DNA from: an uncultured Acetobacter sp.
GTDB taxonomy: Bacteria; Pseudomonadota; Alphaproteobacteria; RF32; CAG-239
NCBI GenBank assembly: GCA_964599945.1
Contig: CAZRHI010000001.1
Location: forward strand, 2,565-66,564
Reading direction: 5' to 3'
Length of the DNA: 64,000 bases
Below are positions 20,394 through 31,000 of the stretch, one piece after another (position 1 is the first letter of the stretch; the number at the start of each line of letters is the position of its first letter). A program made the translations under genes and the position numbers. A model generated the notes under the pieces. It had not been told where the DNA came from and did not search any database. It worked only from the letters and a program-made list of their open reading frames with translations.

Positions 20394-22061
20394 ATGAAAG
20401 ACGATTTAAAATCATTATCTCTTGCGATAATACTGTCTTTTATGGCAATCTATTCGGTAAATTATTTCTTTGGGATTAACAAAAAAAGCACTGTTCAACA
20501 ACAACTTATTGAAATAAAAAACAGTATAGAAGAAAATCATAATTTATCTAGCGAACCTATTTTAAAAAACACAGATGAAGCATTAAGCGAAGATGACAGA
20601 CTTTCTTTCCAAAATAACTCTATTCAAGGCTCTATTCGTTTGAAAGGTGCAAGATTTGACAATCTTTCTCTTTCAAAATATAATGAAACCCTTGATAAAG
20701 ATAGTCCTAAAGTTGAGTTATTGAAGCCTAAAGATACTAAAAATCAGTATTTTGCCGAATTTGGCTGGCTATCTCTTGATAAAGAAATTTCTCTTCCTTC
20801 TGCAAACTCTGCATGGGACAATGTTAATGGAAATAGTCTTTCTCCCTCGACACCTATTACTCTTGTGTGGAAAAATCAAGAAGGGCTGACTATTTTGCGT
20901 AAAATTTCCATGGATAATGATTATCTTTTTACTATTGAAGATACTATCGAAAACAAAACGGGACAAGATATTGATCTTTTCCCATATGCACTTATCAGCC
21001 GAAACATCAAAGATTTATTACAATCTCGCTCAGTTGTTCATGAAGGAATAAGTGGTATTATTGACGATACACTTAAAGAATTTAAATACAATTCATTGAA
21101 AAAGAATGCTAACAAAACATTTGGAACCAAAGGTGGTTGGCTTGGGTTTTCTGATCGTTATTGGTTTTCTGCTTTAGTGTTAGGAAACAATGACAAAGCC
21201 ACTGCAACGGTTAAAAACAAAGATGATGAGAATTATCAAATTGATTATTTAGGTTCTAGAGTTATTGTAGAGAACAATCAATCTTCTAGTTATCAGTATA
21301 GATTTTTCTCTGGTGCTAAGGAAATTAAACTTTTGGATAGATATAAAAAAGAAAACAGCATTCCAAAGTTTGATTTGGCTGTTGATTTTGGTTGGTATTA
21401 TTTCTTGACGAAACCATTTTTCTATATCTTAGATATTTTATACGGCTTTTTAGGAAATATGGGGTGGGCTATTTTGCTTTTTGCCGCACTTTTAAGACTT
21501 TGTATGTTTCCAGTTGCGAACAAATCTTATACTAGCATGGCCAAAATGCGCGCTTTACAGCCTAAACTTAATGATATAAAGGCAAAATATGGGGATAATC
21601 AACTCCTTATCCAACAGGCAACAATGGAACTTTATAAACGTGAGAAAATTAACCCCGCTTCAGGATGTTTGCCATTGTTTATACAAATACCTATATTTTT
21701 CTCCTTGTACAAAGTGCTTAACTTCTCTTTAGAGATTCGTCATGCTTCATTTATCGGGTGGATTAAAGACTTGTCTGCCCCTGATCCATTGACAATTTCT
21801 ACACTTACACATCTTCCTTTGCCTGCATTTATTGATATTGGTCTTTGGCCTATCTTTATGGGATTTACAATGTGGATTCAGCAAAAACTTAACCCCGCTC
21901 CTGCAAATAAAGAACAGGCTCGTATGTTTGCTTTACTTCCTGTATTTTTTACCTTTATGTTAGGACATTTTGCTGCGGGTTTGGTTATTTATTGGACACT
22001 AAGTAATATTCTTTCTATCATTCAACAAAAGGCTATTATGCGCAAAAATGGAGTTAAATGA
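20394..22061 (+). CDS. yidC: membrane protein insertase YidC
   Basis: 555 aa with an N-terminal transmembrane segment, a large periplasmic domain and a C-terminal five-TM insertase core. Confidence 0.9.
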   Translation: MKDDLKSLSLAIILSFMAIYSVNYFFGINKKSTVQQQLIEIKNSIEENHNLSSEPILKNTDEALSEDDRLSFQNNSIQGSIRLKGARFDNLSLSKYNETLDKDSPKVELLKPKDTKNQYFAEFGWLSLDKEISLPSANSAWDNVNGNSLSPSTPITLVWKNQEGLTILRKISMDNDYLFTIEDTIENKTGQDIDLFPYALISRNIKDLLQSRSVVHEGISGIIDDTLKEFKYNSLKKNANKTFGTKGGWLGFSDRYWFSALVLGNNDKATATVKNKDDENYQIDYLGSRVIVENNQSSSYQYRFFSGAKEIKLLDRYKKENSIPKFDLAVDFGWYYFLTKPFFYILDILYGFLGNMGWAILLFAALLRLCMFPVANKSYTSMAKMRALQPKLNDIKAKYGDNQLLIQQATMELYKREKINPASGCLPLFIQIPIFFSLYKVLNFSLEIRHASFIGWIKDLSAPDPLTISTLTHLPLPAFIDIGLWPIFMGFTMWIQQKLNPAPANKEQARMFALLPVFFTFMLGHFAAGLVIYWTLSNILSIIQQKAIMRKNGVK

Positions 22062-22696
22062 TGACTGACGAGCAAATTCAACAAGAACGTTTTAAAAAGG
22101 GAATTGCGTTATTTAATAAAAAATGTGATTTTGTCTTGAGTGTCGCAAACCTTAAACAACTTCCTGCTGATAATCTTCAAGAAATTGCCTTTGCAGGACG
22201 TTCTAACGTTGGCAAATCCAGCTTGATTAACGCTCTTTTTGGGCAGAGAAAACTTGCTAAAACTTCTTCAACCCCTGGGCGTACACAACAACTTAATTAT
22301 TTCAACCTTGATAATCAGATTTATGTGGTCGATTTGCCCGGGTATGGATTTGCTAAAGCACCTAAAGAAATCGTCAAAAATTGGCAAAATTTAATTAACA
22401 CTTACTTGGTGGGAAGAGCAAATTTGCGACGTGTTTTTCTCTTAATCGACTCTCGCCATGGCATTAAAAAAATTGATGAAGAGATTATGGATATGCTTGA
22501 TAAGGCTGCTGTTACCTATCAGGTTGTGCTAACAAAAATTGATAAAATTAGCAATATTGAGCTTGAGAAAACATTGATAGCGACACAAAGCATTCTAGCA
22601 AAGCATACGGCTGCGCATATAACTATTTTAAAAACAAGTTCTGAAAAGAATCTCTTTCTAGATGATTTGAAAGCCGAAGTTGCTGAATTACTTTAG
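22058..22696 (+). CDS. engB: ribosome biogenesis GTPase EngB/YsxC
   Basis: G1 motif GRSNVGKSSLINAL and a DLPGYG switch motif. Confidence 0.85.
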   Translation: MMTDEQIQQERFKKGIALFNKKCDFVLSVANLKQLPADNLQEIAFAGRSNVGKSSLINALFGQRKLAKTSSTPGRTQQLNYFNLDNQIYVVDLPGYGFAKAPKEIVKNWQNLINTYLVGRANLRRVFLLIDSRHGIKKIDEEIMDMLDKAAVTYQVVLTKIDKISNIELEKTLIATQSILAKHTAAHITILKTSSEKNLFLDDLKAEVAELL

Positions 22697-23673
22697 GTAA
22701 TTTCTGTGATTCCACGGATATTTCCGTCTCGAACTATTTGAACAACGTGTAGTCTGCGACGCATTTCTTGTATGGTTTTTTCTACATCAATATTCGGTTG
22801 TGTTCTCATGATACGCTTAACAAATGCTTCATACGCTGCAGTTGAATTTTCTGCGTGAATTGTGGCCAAGCAGTTATCATGACCTGACCCCATTAGCTCC
22901 CAGATTGCACCAGCATTACTTGTTGAGATTTCCCCTCCGATAATTGCATCTGGTGTAAAACGCACAATAAGGTCAATTACTTTAGAATAGTCCATGGTAT
23001 TGGTTTGCTCTGTACGCGATAAAACGATATGAACATGATTTGGCTGAGGAACATTAAGTTCTCGAGTATCTTCAACTGTAATTACTCGTTTATGTATATC
23101 TAGTAACTTTAAAAGATTATTTAATAATGTTGTTTTACCAGTTCCTGTACCACCGCTCACTAGAATATGATCGCCTCGACGTAGTGCCAATAGCAAACGT
23201 TCATACGCATCTTTAGGATCTTTGATATTTTTTAATGGATTTATTTCCTTTAATTCTTGCCCTTGAGCCAAGCCATAATCACCAAACCCAAAAGCAACAT
23301 CATCTGTATGCAAACGGATCGTTATAGCTATTCCTCCTGCCGCCGCATCATCTAAATCGTATTCAATATTTTTCCCTGCAACACCTGTAAAACGGTGTCC
23401 TCCTGGAATACGTGCATATACAACAGGCGAACCATTTATGGGGTCAAATTCCTGATCGTTTAAATTTGCAATAATATGCAATAAATTAGTTAGATATTCT
23501 CGACTTAGTTTAGGATCTTTGTAATTTACCCACGGAAAAGCTCGTTTGCCACGCAAGCGCAACCAAATATCCCCTGGATGGTTAATTGCCACCTCTTCAA
23601 TATTTTCTTGTTCATACCAATAGGCTAGCGGTCTAAGTACAGAACATAAAACTTGATCTTCCAGCTTTCCCAT
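22693..23673 (-). CDS. virB11: T4SS ATPase VirB11
   Basis: Walker A GGTGTGKTT, the RVITVEDTREL Asp box and a His box, 326 aa. Its 3' end overlaps engB convergently by 4 nt. Confidence 0.9.
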   Translation of the reverse strand: MGKLEDQVLCSVLRPLAYWYEQENIEEVAINHPGDIWLRLRGKRAFPWVNYKDPKLSREYLTNLLHIIANLNDQEFDPINGSPVVYARIPGGHRFTGVAGKNIEYDLDDAAAGGIAITIRLHTDDVAFGFGDYGLAQGQELKEINPLKNIKDPKDAYERLLLALRRGDHILVSGGTGTGKTTLLNNLLKLLDIHKRVITVEDTRELNVPQPNHVHIVLSRTEQTNTMDYSKVIDLIVRFTPDAIIGGEISTSNAGAIWELMGSGHDNCLATIHAENSTAAYEAFVKRIMRTQPNIDVEKTIQEMRRRLHVVQIVRDGNIRGITEIT

Positions 23674-23750
23674 CAGTATCTCCCATTTAATATCTTGCTT
23701 TGTTTTAGTTTAACATACTTATTTTTCATAGTCAACGTGTCCATTCTTAC

Positions 23751-26700
23751 TTAAAATAACTCAATATCTCCAGACATTTCATCATCATCTTTTGGATAAT
23801 CGGCTACTGTTCCATCTGCTGCTGGTGGTGGAATCGCTCCTGGAGCTGTGTTCTTTTGTTGTTTTTGTTGCCCATTGCCATTATTGCTAACTAGTGTAGC
23901 TCCTTGCTGTCCTTGTTTATTCTGAGCATTATTTGTATTTGAATTGTTATTTGTTTCTACCTTAGTTTCATTTCCGCTTCTATTAATCAAAATATTTTCT
24001 GCTTTTGTATTATTTAAGGTATCTTCCCCTTTTTCGATTTCTTTTGTACTTTTTAGCCACAAATCTGTCATTGGATAAATAATAATGCGTGTTCCTGCTG
24101 GTACATAAGTAACAGCTTCTATGTTTGATTTACTTTCGATAATTTCATCTAAGATGCTATTCATTTTATCTATAAACTGTTGACGCGCATCTGATGCTGC
24201 TTGTTGTTTTGATGTTTCAACCTCGCCTGTTGCATCTTCGTTTGCAGCCATTAAATATGCCATAGCTGATGTTGCTACTGTTCCAACTAATGGCATTGTA
24301 TACTTCTTCAACATCTGTTCATCAACATAACCGAGCGCACCACCACCTCGACCTTGAGCATCACCTGTTTGACTACTACTATCCAATATAAAAGCAATAC
24401 CATCTGGACGAATTATTCTATCCCACGTAATGTCTAACTTTACACCACCGCTTGTTCCATCAAAACGACTACCATTTGAGATATTACTTAGCCCACCGAT
24501 AATTCGGCTTCCTGCTGGAATAATTACATTGCGTCCCATATCTCCATAAATATTTCTTTCTACGATTGCTGTAATCGGCGCACTTCCTAATGATATTAAA
24601 GAGCGCGCAAGAACTGCTGGTATTGGCTTATCGGCTGTTATCATATTGCTCATATCAACTCGAAGACTAGATATTGAGCGTTCTACACCTGGCCAATTAT
24701 CTTGCCAACCAGTATAGGAAGTAGCATCAAATTGACTAGAAATAGATTTCCCTGACATGGACTGACGGCGATTATTCTGAAGTTGAGCAATAATAGCTGC
24801 ACGACGCGGATTATATCTTCCCCCTGGGCCAATCCCTCCCCCCGGGCCAACATTCACAGCTTCATTGTTTGTATTATATGGTGAGGCTGTTACCCCATTC
24901 ATAATACTTCTCCACCAATCTTTATCGACTGATTTATTTTTTTCTGTATCTTTTTCTTGGTAATTGCCAATAACATTGCCGTTTGCATCAACAATCTCTC
25001 CATTTTTTCCGCGGCTTCCGATGATGTTACCATGGCTATCTATAACATCGTTATTGCTATAGACATCACCGATATATTTTCCCCCTGGGGTTACTGCAAT
25101 TCCAACAATTTTATGTTTCGCCATCGTATTATTAACACGTTCTCTATCTATATTATACTCAGGCTCTTCTGTTTGGGAACTAATAATAGGTTCTTCAATC
25201 TGGTTATTGATATTTGTTTCTATTATTGTATTGTCTTTAATGTTTTCTTTTTCAGAAGGACTTGTTGGAGTAAGAACAGTTTGTTGCTCTGATACTATAT
25301 TATTTTTCTCTGGAAGTGTTTCTTGTTTGGTTTCTCTATGGTAATATTGCAGCGTATAAGCATTGGCAATAATTTCCCCAGAAGTGTCAACCACTTCACC
25401 TTTATCATTCAATTCTCCCACTTTGATATTTTTATGGTTAACTACACTTCCATCAAGATTTAAGTATCCAATTATCTTATTTTCTTTGTTTCGAATAATA
25501 TAATCCCTTTTGCCCCGAGCAATTAAATTTTGTTTTTTATCTAATACAAATCCTTTATAAATACTCCCTTTGACATCCCCCATAACGCTATATACTGTTC
25601 CATTTTTTGCAATATAGCCAACTGTTTTGCTGTTATTATCATATACATACAAATCATATAAAGCGAATCCACTATTACCGTTTTCTAAGGTTACAGAACC
25701 ATCAAAGTTAACCTTTCCTAAAACTTCTCCTACATCAGATAATACTGTTCCTGATGCATCCACTCGTCCTAGATATGTGTTGTTATCATCAAATGCCACA
25801 TTATATTTGAATATGCTCCCTATGTTTGCTCCATTGTTAGAATACACACCTTCATCTGCCCTAATATAGCCTGCTTGATTACCAATGCCGTCTATTACTT
25901 TTCCTGAAAAATCTACTTCTCCGATTATTGTATTATCATACCCCATAACTGATGCTGAGGGAATTATCTGACCAACAATTTCATTTTGAGAATTTCTTAT
26001 ATAGCCATTTATATCTTGGCAACCTAAATTGCGATTATCATAATTTAAAACTGTTCCCAATGGGGTTTCAACCCCTAAAATTTCCCCATTATCGCCTATA
26101 ACTGCTTGCGGATGAATTATATAACCAATAACTTCCTCTGTTTCGTTTACAACTTGATTATTGGCAAGGACTGTTCCAATATATTTCCCGTTAAAGTTTT
26201 TCACATCTCCATTATCTGATACAACACCTAAAAATTTGCAGTCTGGCTTTACCGCTACGCCAAATTCTAATGTTTTACCATATAAAGCACCTGCATTATC
26301 AAGAACATATTTATCTGAGCTTATTTTTCCGACAATTTCTCCCGCTGTTTTAATTTGTCCATCGGGATAATTCGCCCCCAAATAATCACCGTTAATACTT
26401 ATACTTAATGCTGAATTTCCAGCATATCCTCTCATTTGGTTTGATAAGATGATTTGATTATCTGGTAAAATTTTTGCAATAGTTTGATTTTGATTGTTTA
26501 TAATTAAATTAGACGGATTTGTATATCCTAACAAATTTCCATAAAAATCTGTCGCATAGTCTGCTATTAAAGCATTTCCTAGTAGTTTGTTATTTTTATC
26601 TAGAAGTAGCCCTGCTGAAGTTAGTTTGGCGATTTCATTCAAAGAAGCACTTTCTGTTTTTCCTAAGCCTGATGTATATGCCAAAATCTTTCCTTTATCT

Positions 26701-28028
26701 GCAATAATATTTGCAAAAGCATAATTTCTTCCTACAACTGCCCCTTTTTCATCAAATACATATCCGTATGGCGAAATTGTATATTCATTTCCATCTGCAT
26801 TTAAGCTTGTGGAGATACCATTAACACCAATAAACGTATTAAATGATGTGTAATTTAAAAGATTATTTAGAACGCGTCCAAATTCTTTACCTTTACGATC
26901 TATTGCTTTATTTTTTTGCGTGTATCCAAGTTCTGCGCCATCTAACGATATTATTTTTCCATCAACCGCAGCATTCGCACGTAGATTTCCTAAATAATCA
27001 AATATTGGCCCCACAGAGTTTATTGTTCCAATGACAACACCATTATTATTTACAACATTACCTGACGCACCAATTTTCCCTATAATTTGCTGAGATTTTA
27101 TGACATTTCCATTTGATACTAAACGTCCCAAATATTTCCCGTCTAGGGTATTGGCTGTGGCATTAGAACTAACTGCAAACCCCTGTAATTCTCCGTCTTT
27201 GCTGATGATACGATTGCCGACCACAGCAGAGCCAACAACTCTTCCTTTATCAACCACTTCACCATTATAACTTATGCTTCCAAGATAACTGCCATCCAGA
27301 TTAAACGCATATCCACTTTCAACAATATGCCCAATAACATTATTATCCGCATTATACACAAAGCCGTTTGCATGGATATTACCAATGACGGTCTTTTTCA
27401 AATCAACTACTTTTCCGTCTGGCGCAATACTTCCTAAAAAATTCCCCAAATTATCTATTACCATTTTAGAAGATATAAGTTTTCCAACAAGGGTCGTTTT
27501 TTGATCTGTTCCTTGAGGCGCAAAAACATATCCTGTTGCGGTTACATAACCTTTTTTTTCACCAGATAAACTATAGAAATTTCCATCGCCAGACACACGT
27601 CCCACAATTTTCCCTTTATCATCGTAGACAACTCCTGGGGCTATTACTGCACCTAAAACATCATCATTATCATTAACAACAAGTCCGTTTGGTAACACTC
27701 GTCCAACTAAAACATCGTTTAGAGAGGTTACTGTACCGTCATTATTTACCTTTCCTAGCACACTGTTTGTTATTGAAATGGCAACACCTTGTGGAACAAT
27801 TCCGCCAATTAAGATATTATCTTCATTTACAGCAAAACCGTCAGCCGTAATATGTCCAATCAACTCATTATCAAAATCGATAACAGAACCGTCTGGAATT
27901 ACTTTTCCTATTAAATTTCCATCAAAATCTAATGCACTAATATCTGCAGCTTTCAGCTCAGTCGAAACACTTACGAGCAAAAGCACACTCAGTATAATGC
28001 GTTTTAATTTTGATATTTTAATCTGCAA
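23751..28028 (-). CDS. virB10: VirB10/TrbI homolog with a ~1000-aa repeat-rich N-terminal extension
   Basis: The C-terminal ~350 aa carry the VirB10 barrel-domain signature (IPAGSRIIGG...ITWDRIIRPDGIAF...GALGYVDEQ). N-terminus has a signal/TM segment followed by DGxxIGxV repeats and Q/N/T-rich linkers. Confidence 0.8.
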   Translation of the reverse strand: MQIKISKLKRIILSVLLLVSVSTELKAADISALDFDGNLIGKVIPDGSVIDFDNELIGHITADGFAVNEDNILIGGIVPQGVAISITNSVLGKVNNDGTVTSLNDVLVGRVLPNGLVVNDNDDVLGAVIAPGVVYDDKGKIVGRVSGDGNFYSLSGEKKGYVTATGYVFAPQGTDQKTTLVGKLISSKMVIDNLGNFLGSIAPDGKVVDLKKTVIGNIHANGFVYNADNNVIGHIVESGYAFNLDGSYLGSISYNGEVVDKGRVVGSAVVGNRIISKDGELQGFAVSSNATANTLDGKYLGRLVSNGNVIKSQQIIGKIGASGNVVNNNGVVIGTINSVGPIFDYLGNLRANAAVDGKIISLDGAELGYTQKNKAIDRKGKEFGRVLNNLLNYTSFNTFIGVNGISTSLNADGNEYTISPYGYVFDEKGAVVGRNYAFANIIADKGKILAYTSGLGKTESASLNEIAKLTSAGLLLDKNNKLLGNALIADYATDFYGNLLGYTNPSNLIINNQNQTIAKILPDNQIILSNQMRGYAGNSALSISINGDYLGANYPDGQIKTAGEIVGKISSDKYVLDNAGALYGKTLEFGVAVKPDCKFLGVVSDNGDVKNFNGKYIGTVLANNQVVNETEEVIGYIIHPQAVIGDNGEILGVETPLGTVLNYDNRNLGCQDINGYIRNSQNEIVGQIIPSASVMGYDNTIIGEVDFSGKVIDGIGNQAGYIRADEGVYSNNGANIGSIFKYNVAFDDNNTYLGRVDASGTVLSDVGEVLGKVNFDGSVTLENGNSGFALYDLYVYDNNSKTVGYIAKNGTVYSVMGDVKGSIYKGFVLDKKQNLIARGKRDYIIRNKENKIIGYLNLDGSVVNHKNIKVGELNDKGEVVDTSGEIIANAYTLQYYHRETKQETLPEKNNIVSEQQTVLTPTSPSEKENIKDNTIIETNINNQIEEPIISSQTEEPEYNIDRERVNNTMAKHKIVGIAVTPGGKYIGDVYSNNDVIDSHGNIIGSRGKNGEIVDANGNVIGNYQEKDTEKNKSVDKDWWRSIMNGVTASPYNTNNEAVNVGPGGGIGPGGRYNPRRAAIIAQLQNNRRQSMSGKSISSQFDATSYTGWQDNWPGVERSISSLRVDMSNMITADKPIPAVLARSLISLGSAPITAIVERNIYGDMGRNVIIPAGSRIIGGLSNISNGSRFDGTSGGVKLDITWDRIIRPDGIAFILDSSSQTGDAQGRGGGALGYVDEQMLKKYTMPLVGTVATSAMAYLMAANEDATGEVETSKQQAASDARQQFIDKMNSILDEIIESKSNIEAVTYVPAGTRIIIYPMTDLWLKSTKEIEKGEDTLNNTKAENILINRSGNETKVETNNNSNTNNAQNKQGQQGATLVSNNGNGQQKQQKNTAPGAIPPPAADGTVADYPKDDDEMSGDIELF

Positions 28029-28029
28029 A

Positions 28030-31000
28030 TCAGTTCCTCCGATTTTGAGCGACTTCTTCTAACACATAGCCGGAAACTTTGTTTTTTGTATTTACATATG
28101 AGCCATTGCTCTTTAAATATCCTATTTTTCCATTTGTAATACTTAACACACTACCATCTGGCGACAATCGTCCGAGGTATTTTCCGTCATTGCTTAATAT
28201 ATTAGCACCTATTTTATAGGTATGTCCTATAATTTTTCCATTGTTATCTACAACTAAATTTGATGAAATAACTTTTCCTATGACTGAACGTTCTTGATTA
28301 AGAACTTTTCCTTCCATATTTACAAAACCTATCACCTTGTCTTGTTCGTTGATGACAATATCGCCGTCAACAATTTCACCAATTAATTGACCTTTATCGT
28401 TTATAGCTTTCCCTGAATTTAATATCTTGCCTATTCTTACATTATTTTCACCCATAACCGAACCGTCTGCCACAACTTGTCCAATAACACGGCCAGAATA
28501 ATCAAGCACGACTCCTTGTCTCATGATACTATAATTTTTATTGGAATTCCCCCCTGGTAGGGCTGTGGTTAACACACTATCGTTTATATCAATAATATCT
28601 CCTAGAGCATTTAGATAGCCTTTTATATTCCCAAAGACATCAATAACCAAATTTTCTTTTATTACTTCGCCCACGATAACTTTATTAACATCTAGAATAT
28701 GCCCATCTGCGCTGATGAAACCACTTATACTACCGTCAACATCAATGACTTTACCACTTTTGCTAACATATCCTAGGTATGTGCCGTCATATCCTATACC
28801 TACACCTGTTTTGACAACACCACCTTTATATTCACCTTTATCATCAAACATTCTACCTTTGGCATCTACCCAGCCTAATTTTTTACCATACAGATTTATT
28901 ACATCTGCATTATCATTTACAAAACCTATATAATTACCATAAAAATCAATAACATTTCCTTTAGGTAATACTTTTAATGGCTTTCCAGAATTAAACGCAT
29001 AGCCGTCAAAAGTAATTTTATCAACCGCAACTCCTTTAGTATTATAAACATATCCGTCTGCAAAAATTCTACCAACAATCCGTCCATTTGCATCTACTAT
29101 AACATTTTTCTCAGGGAAAATTACCCCTTTTGCTATTTTTTTATTATTAACTAATAGATGATTTAATAAAATTTTTGTTTCAGGAATAACCTCTTGGCTA
29201 TTGTAATTGTATTGAGATAGATTATTGATAAATTCTCCAGATAAGTTATACGCCTGTGTCTTATCCATTATCTGACCAACAATAAAGCCATCTCTGTTTA
29301 GTATTTCTCCTTCCAAATTTGCACAACCAATAATATTTTTCCCAGAACTAACTGTTCCATTAGGACTGATTATGCCCATCATTTCGCCATTATAATATGT
29401 CGCATAACTGGCTTCGTAGACTTTACCAATTAGCTTTCCATCTGGATTTAAAACACCGCCATCTGGATTAACACACCCGATATACTCACCCTCTTCATTA
29501 CGAGCATAGCCGTCCGCACCTACTTTTCCTATAATATTACATTTGTTATCTCGTATCCAGCCAATTTTTATGACATCGCCAACGTATTTTCCGTCTTTAT
29601 CAACGATGCTTCTATCAAATAGCATTCTATAACCAGTTTCCTTATTATCTTTTTTAACATATCCGTCTTTATCAACGTATCCGTAATAAGTACAGCCCCA
29701 ACCAACAGCCATACCGCCAATGACAGCTTTTCCTATAATTTTTTTACCGTCTTTACTACGAATTAAATAATTTGGTAAAACTTTTCCGACTATTTCTTCT
29801 TTATTGTTAATAACATCACCATTATTGCCGATACGCCCAAGGCTATATCCATTAGGGGACATTGCTATCATATCCTTTTTAATGACCGCTCCAATTTTTA
29901 TACCTCTAGATGTTATAACATTTCCGTCTTCATCAACGAATCCAATAACAATATTGTTTAAATCGCGTACTTTTCCGTCGCTTCCCACATACCCGATAAT
30001 GTTACCCTCATCATCTACAACAAGATTTGAATAATTACCAACGACGCCTATAATATCTCCGTTTGCATCTATCGTAAATTCCATATCTTTTCCAGTTCGA
30101 CCAATGATGTTTCCGTCTTTATCTTTAATTGAACCGTCAGATTGTACTGTACCTAAAATATTCCCTTCAAAATCTCGTGCTATTCCGTTTTCATCAATGT
30201 AACCTATTACGGTGCCATTTTCATCTAAGACAGCTTTGCGTTTTATAATATTTAATTCACTATTTCCTTGTGATGATAAACGACCAATAATTTCTCCATT
30301 GCTACCATATACTGTACCGTCTTCAGATACAATGCCTACAATCTTTCCGTCATTACCAATTACTAGCCCATTTTCATCTATATAACCAATAATATTACCA
30401 TTTTCATCAACAGCCACTTTGGCATATTCACCCTCATAACCTATCAAATTACCATTCATATCATGTATTGTGCCATTTTCACCTAAATAGCCAATTAAAT
30501 TACCTTCAAAATCATGAACACTTCCTGTTTCATCAATGTATCCAATAACATTGCCGTTTTCATCATATGCCAAACGTTTGCTTATTCCTGCCGTACCTAA
30601 TATTTCATCTGTGATACAATATACATTTCCAAAATCATCAATAAAACCTAATAACTCATCATTTTCTTGATGTATTTTTTCATCTGTTCCTAAATAACCA
30701 ATGACATTTCCACTTTCATCTTGAGCAAACTCTACTAGTCTACCAACCTTACCAATATTGCGATCATATTCATCAACAATAATGCCTGTGGGGCGAGCTT
30801 TACCTATGTTTCGACCAGAGAAGTTAAATACTGTATTGTTCTCGCCAATATAGCCTATTGTTTTACCACTAGGACTTTGCGCAAGTAAGCCTCTTCTCCC
30901 GACTGTTGCAATTACTTCGTTAGTGTTTTTATAGATTTTGCCATTATCATCAAGAAATCCAACAAGTTTGTTTTTAAAATCTTTAATATTGCCATTATCC

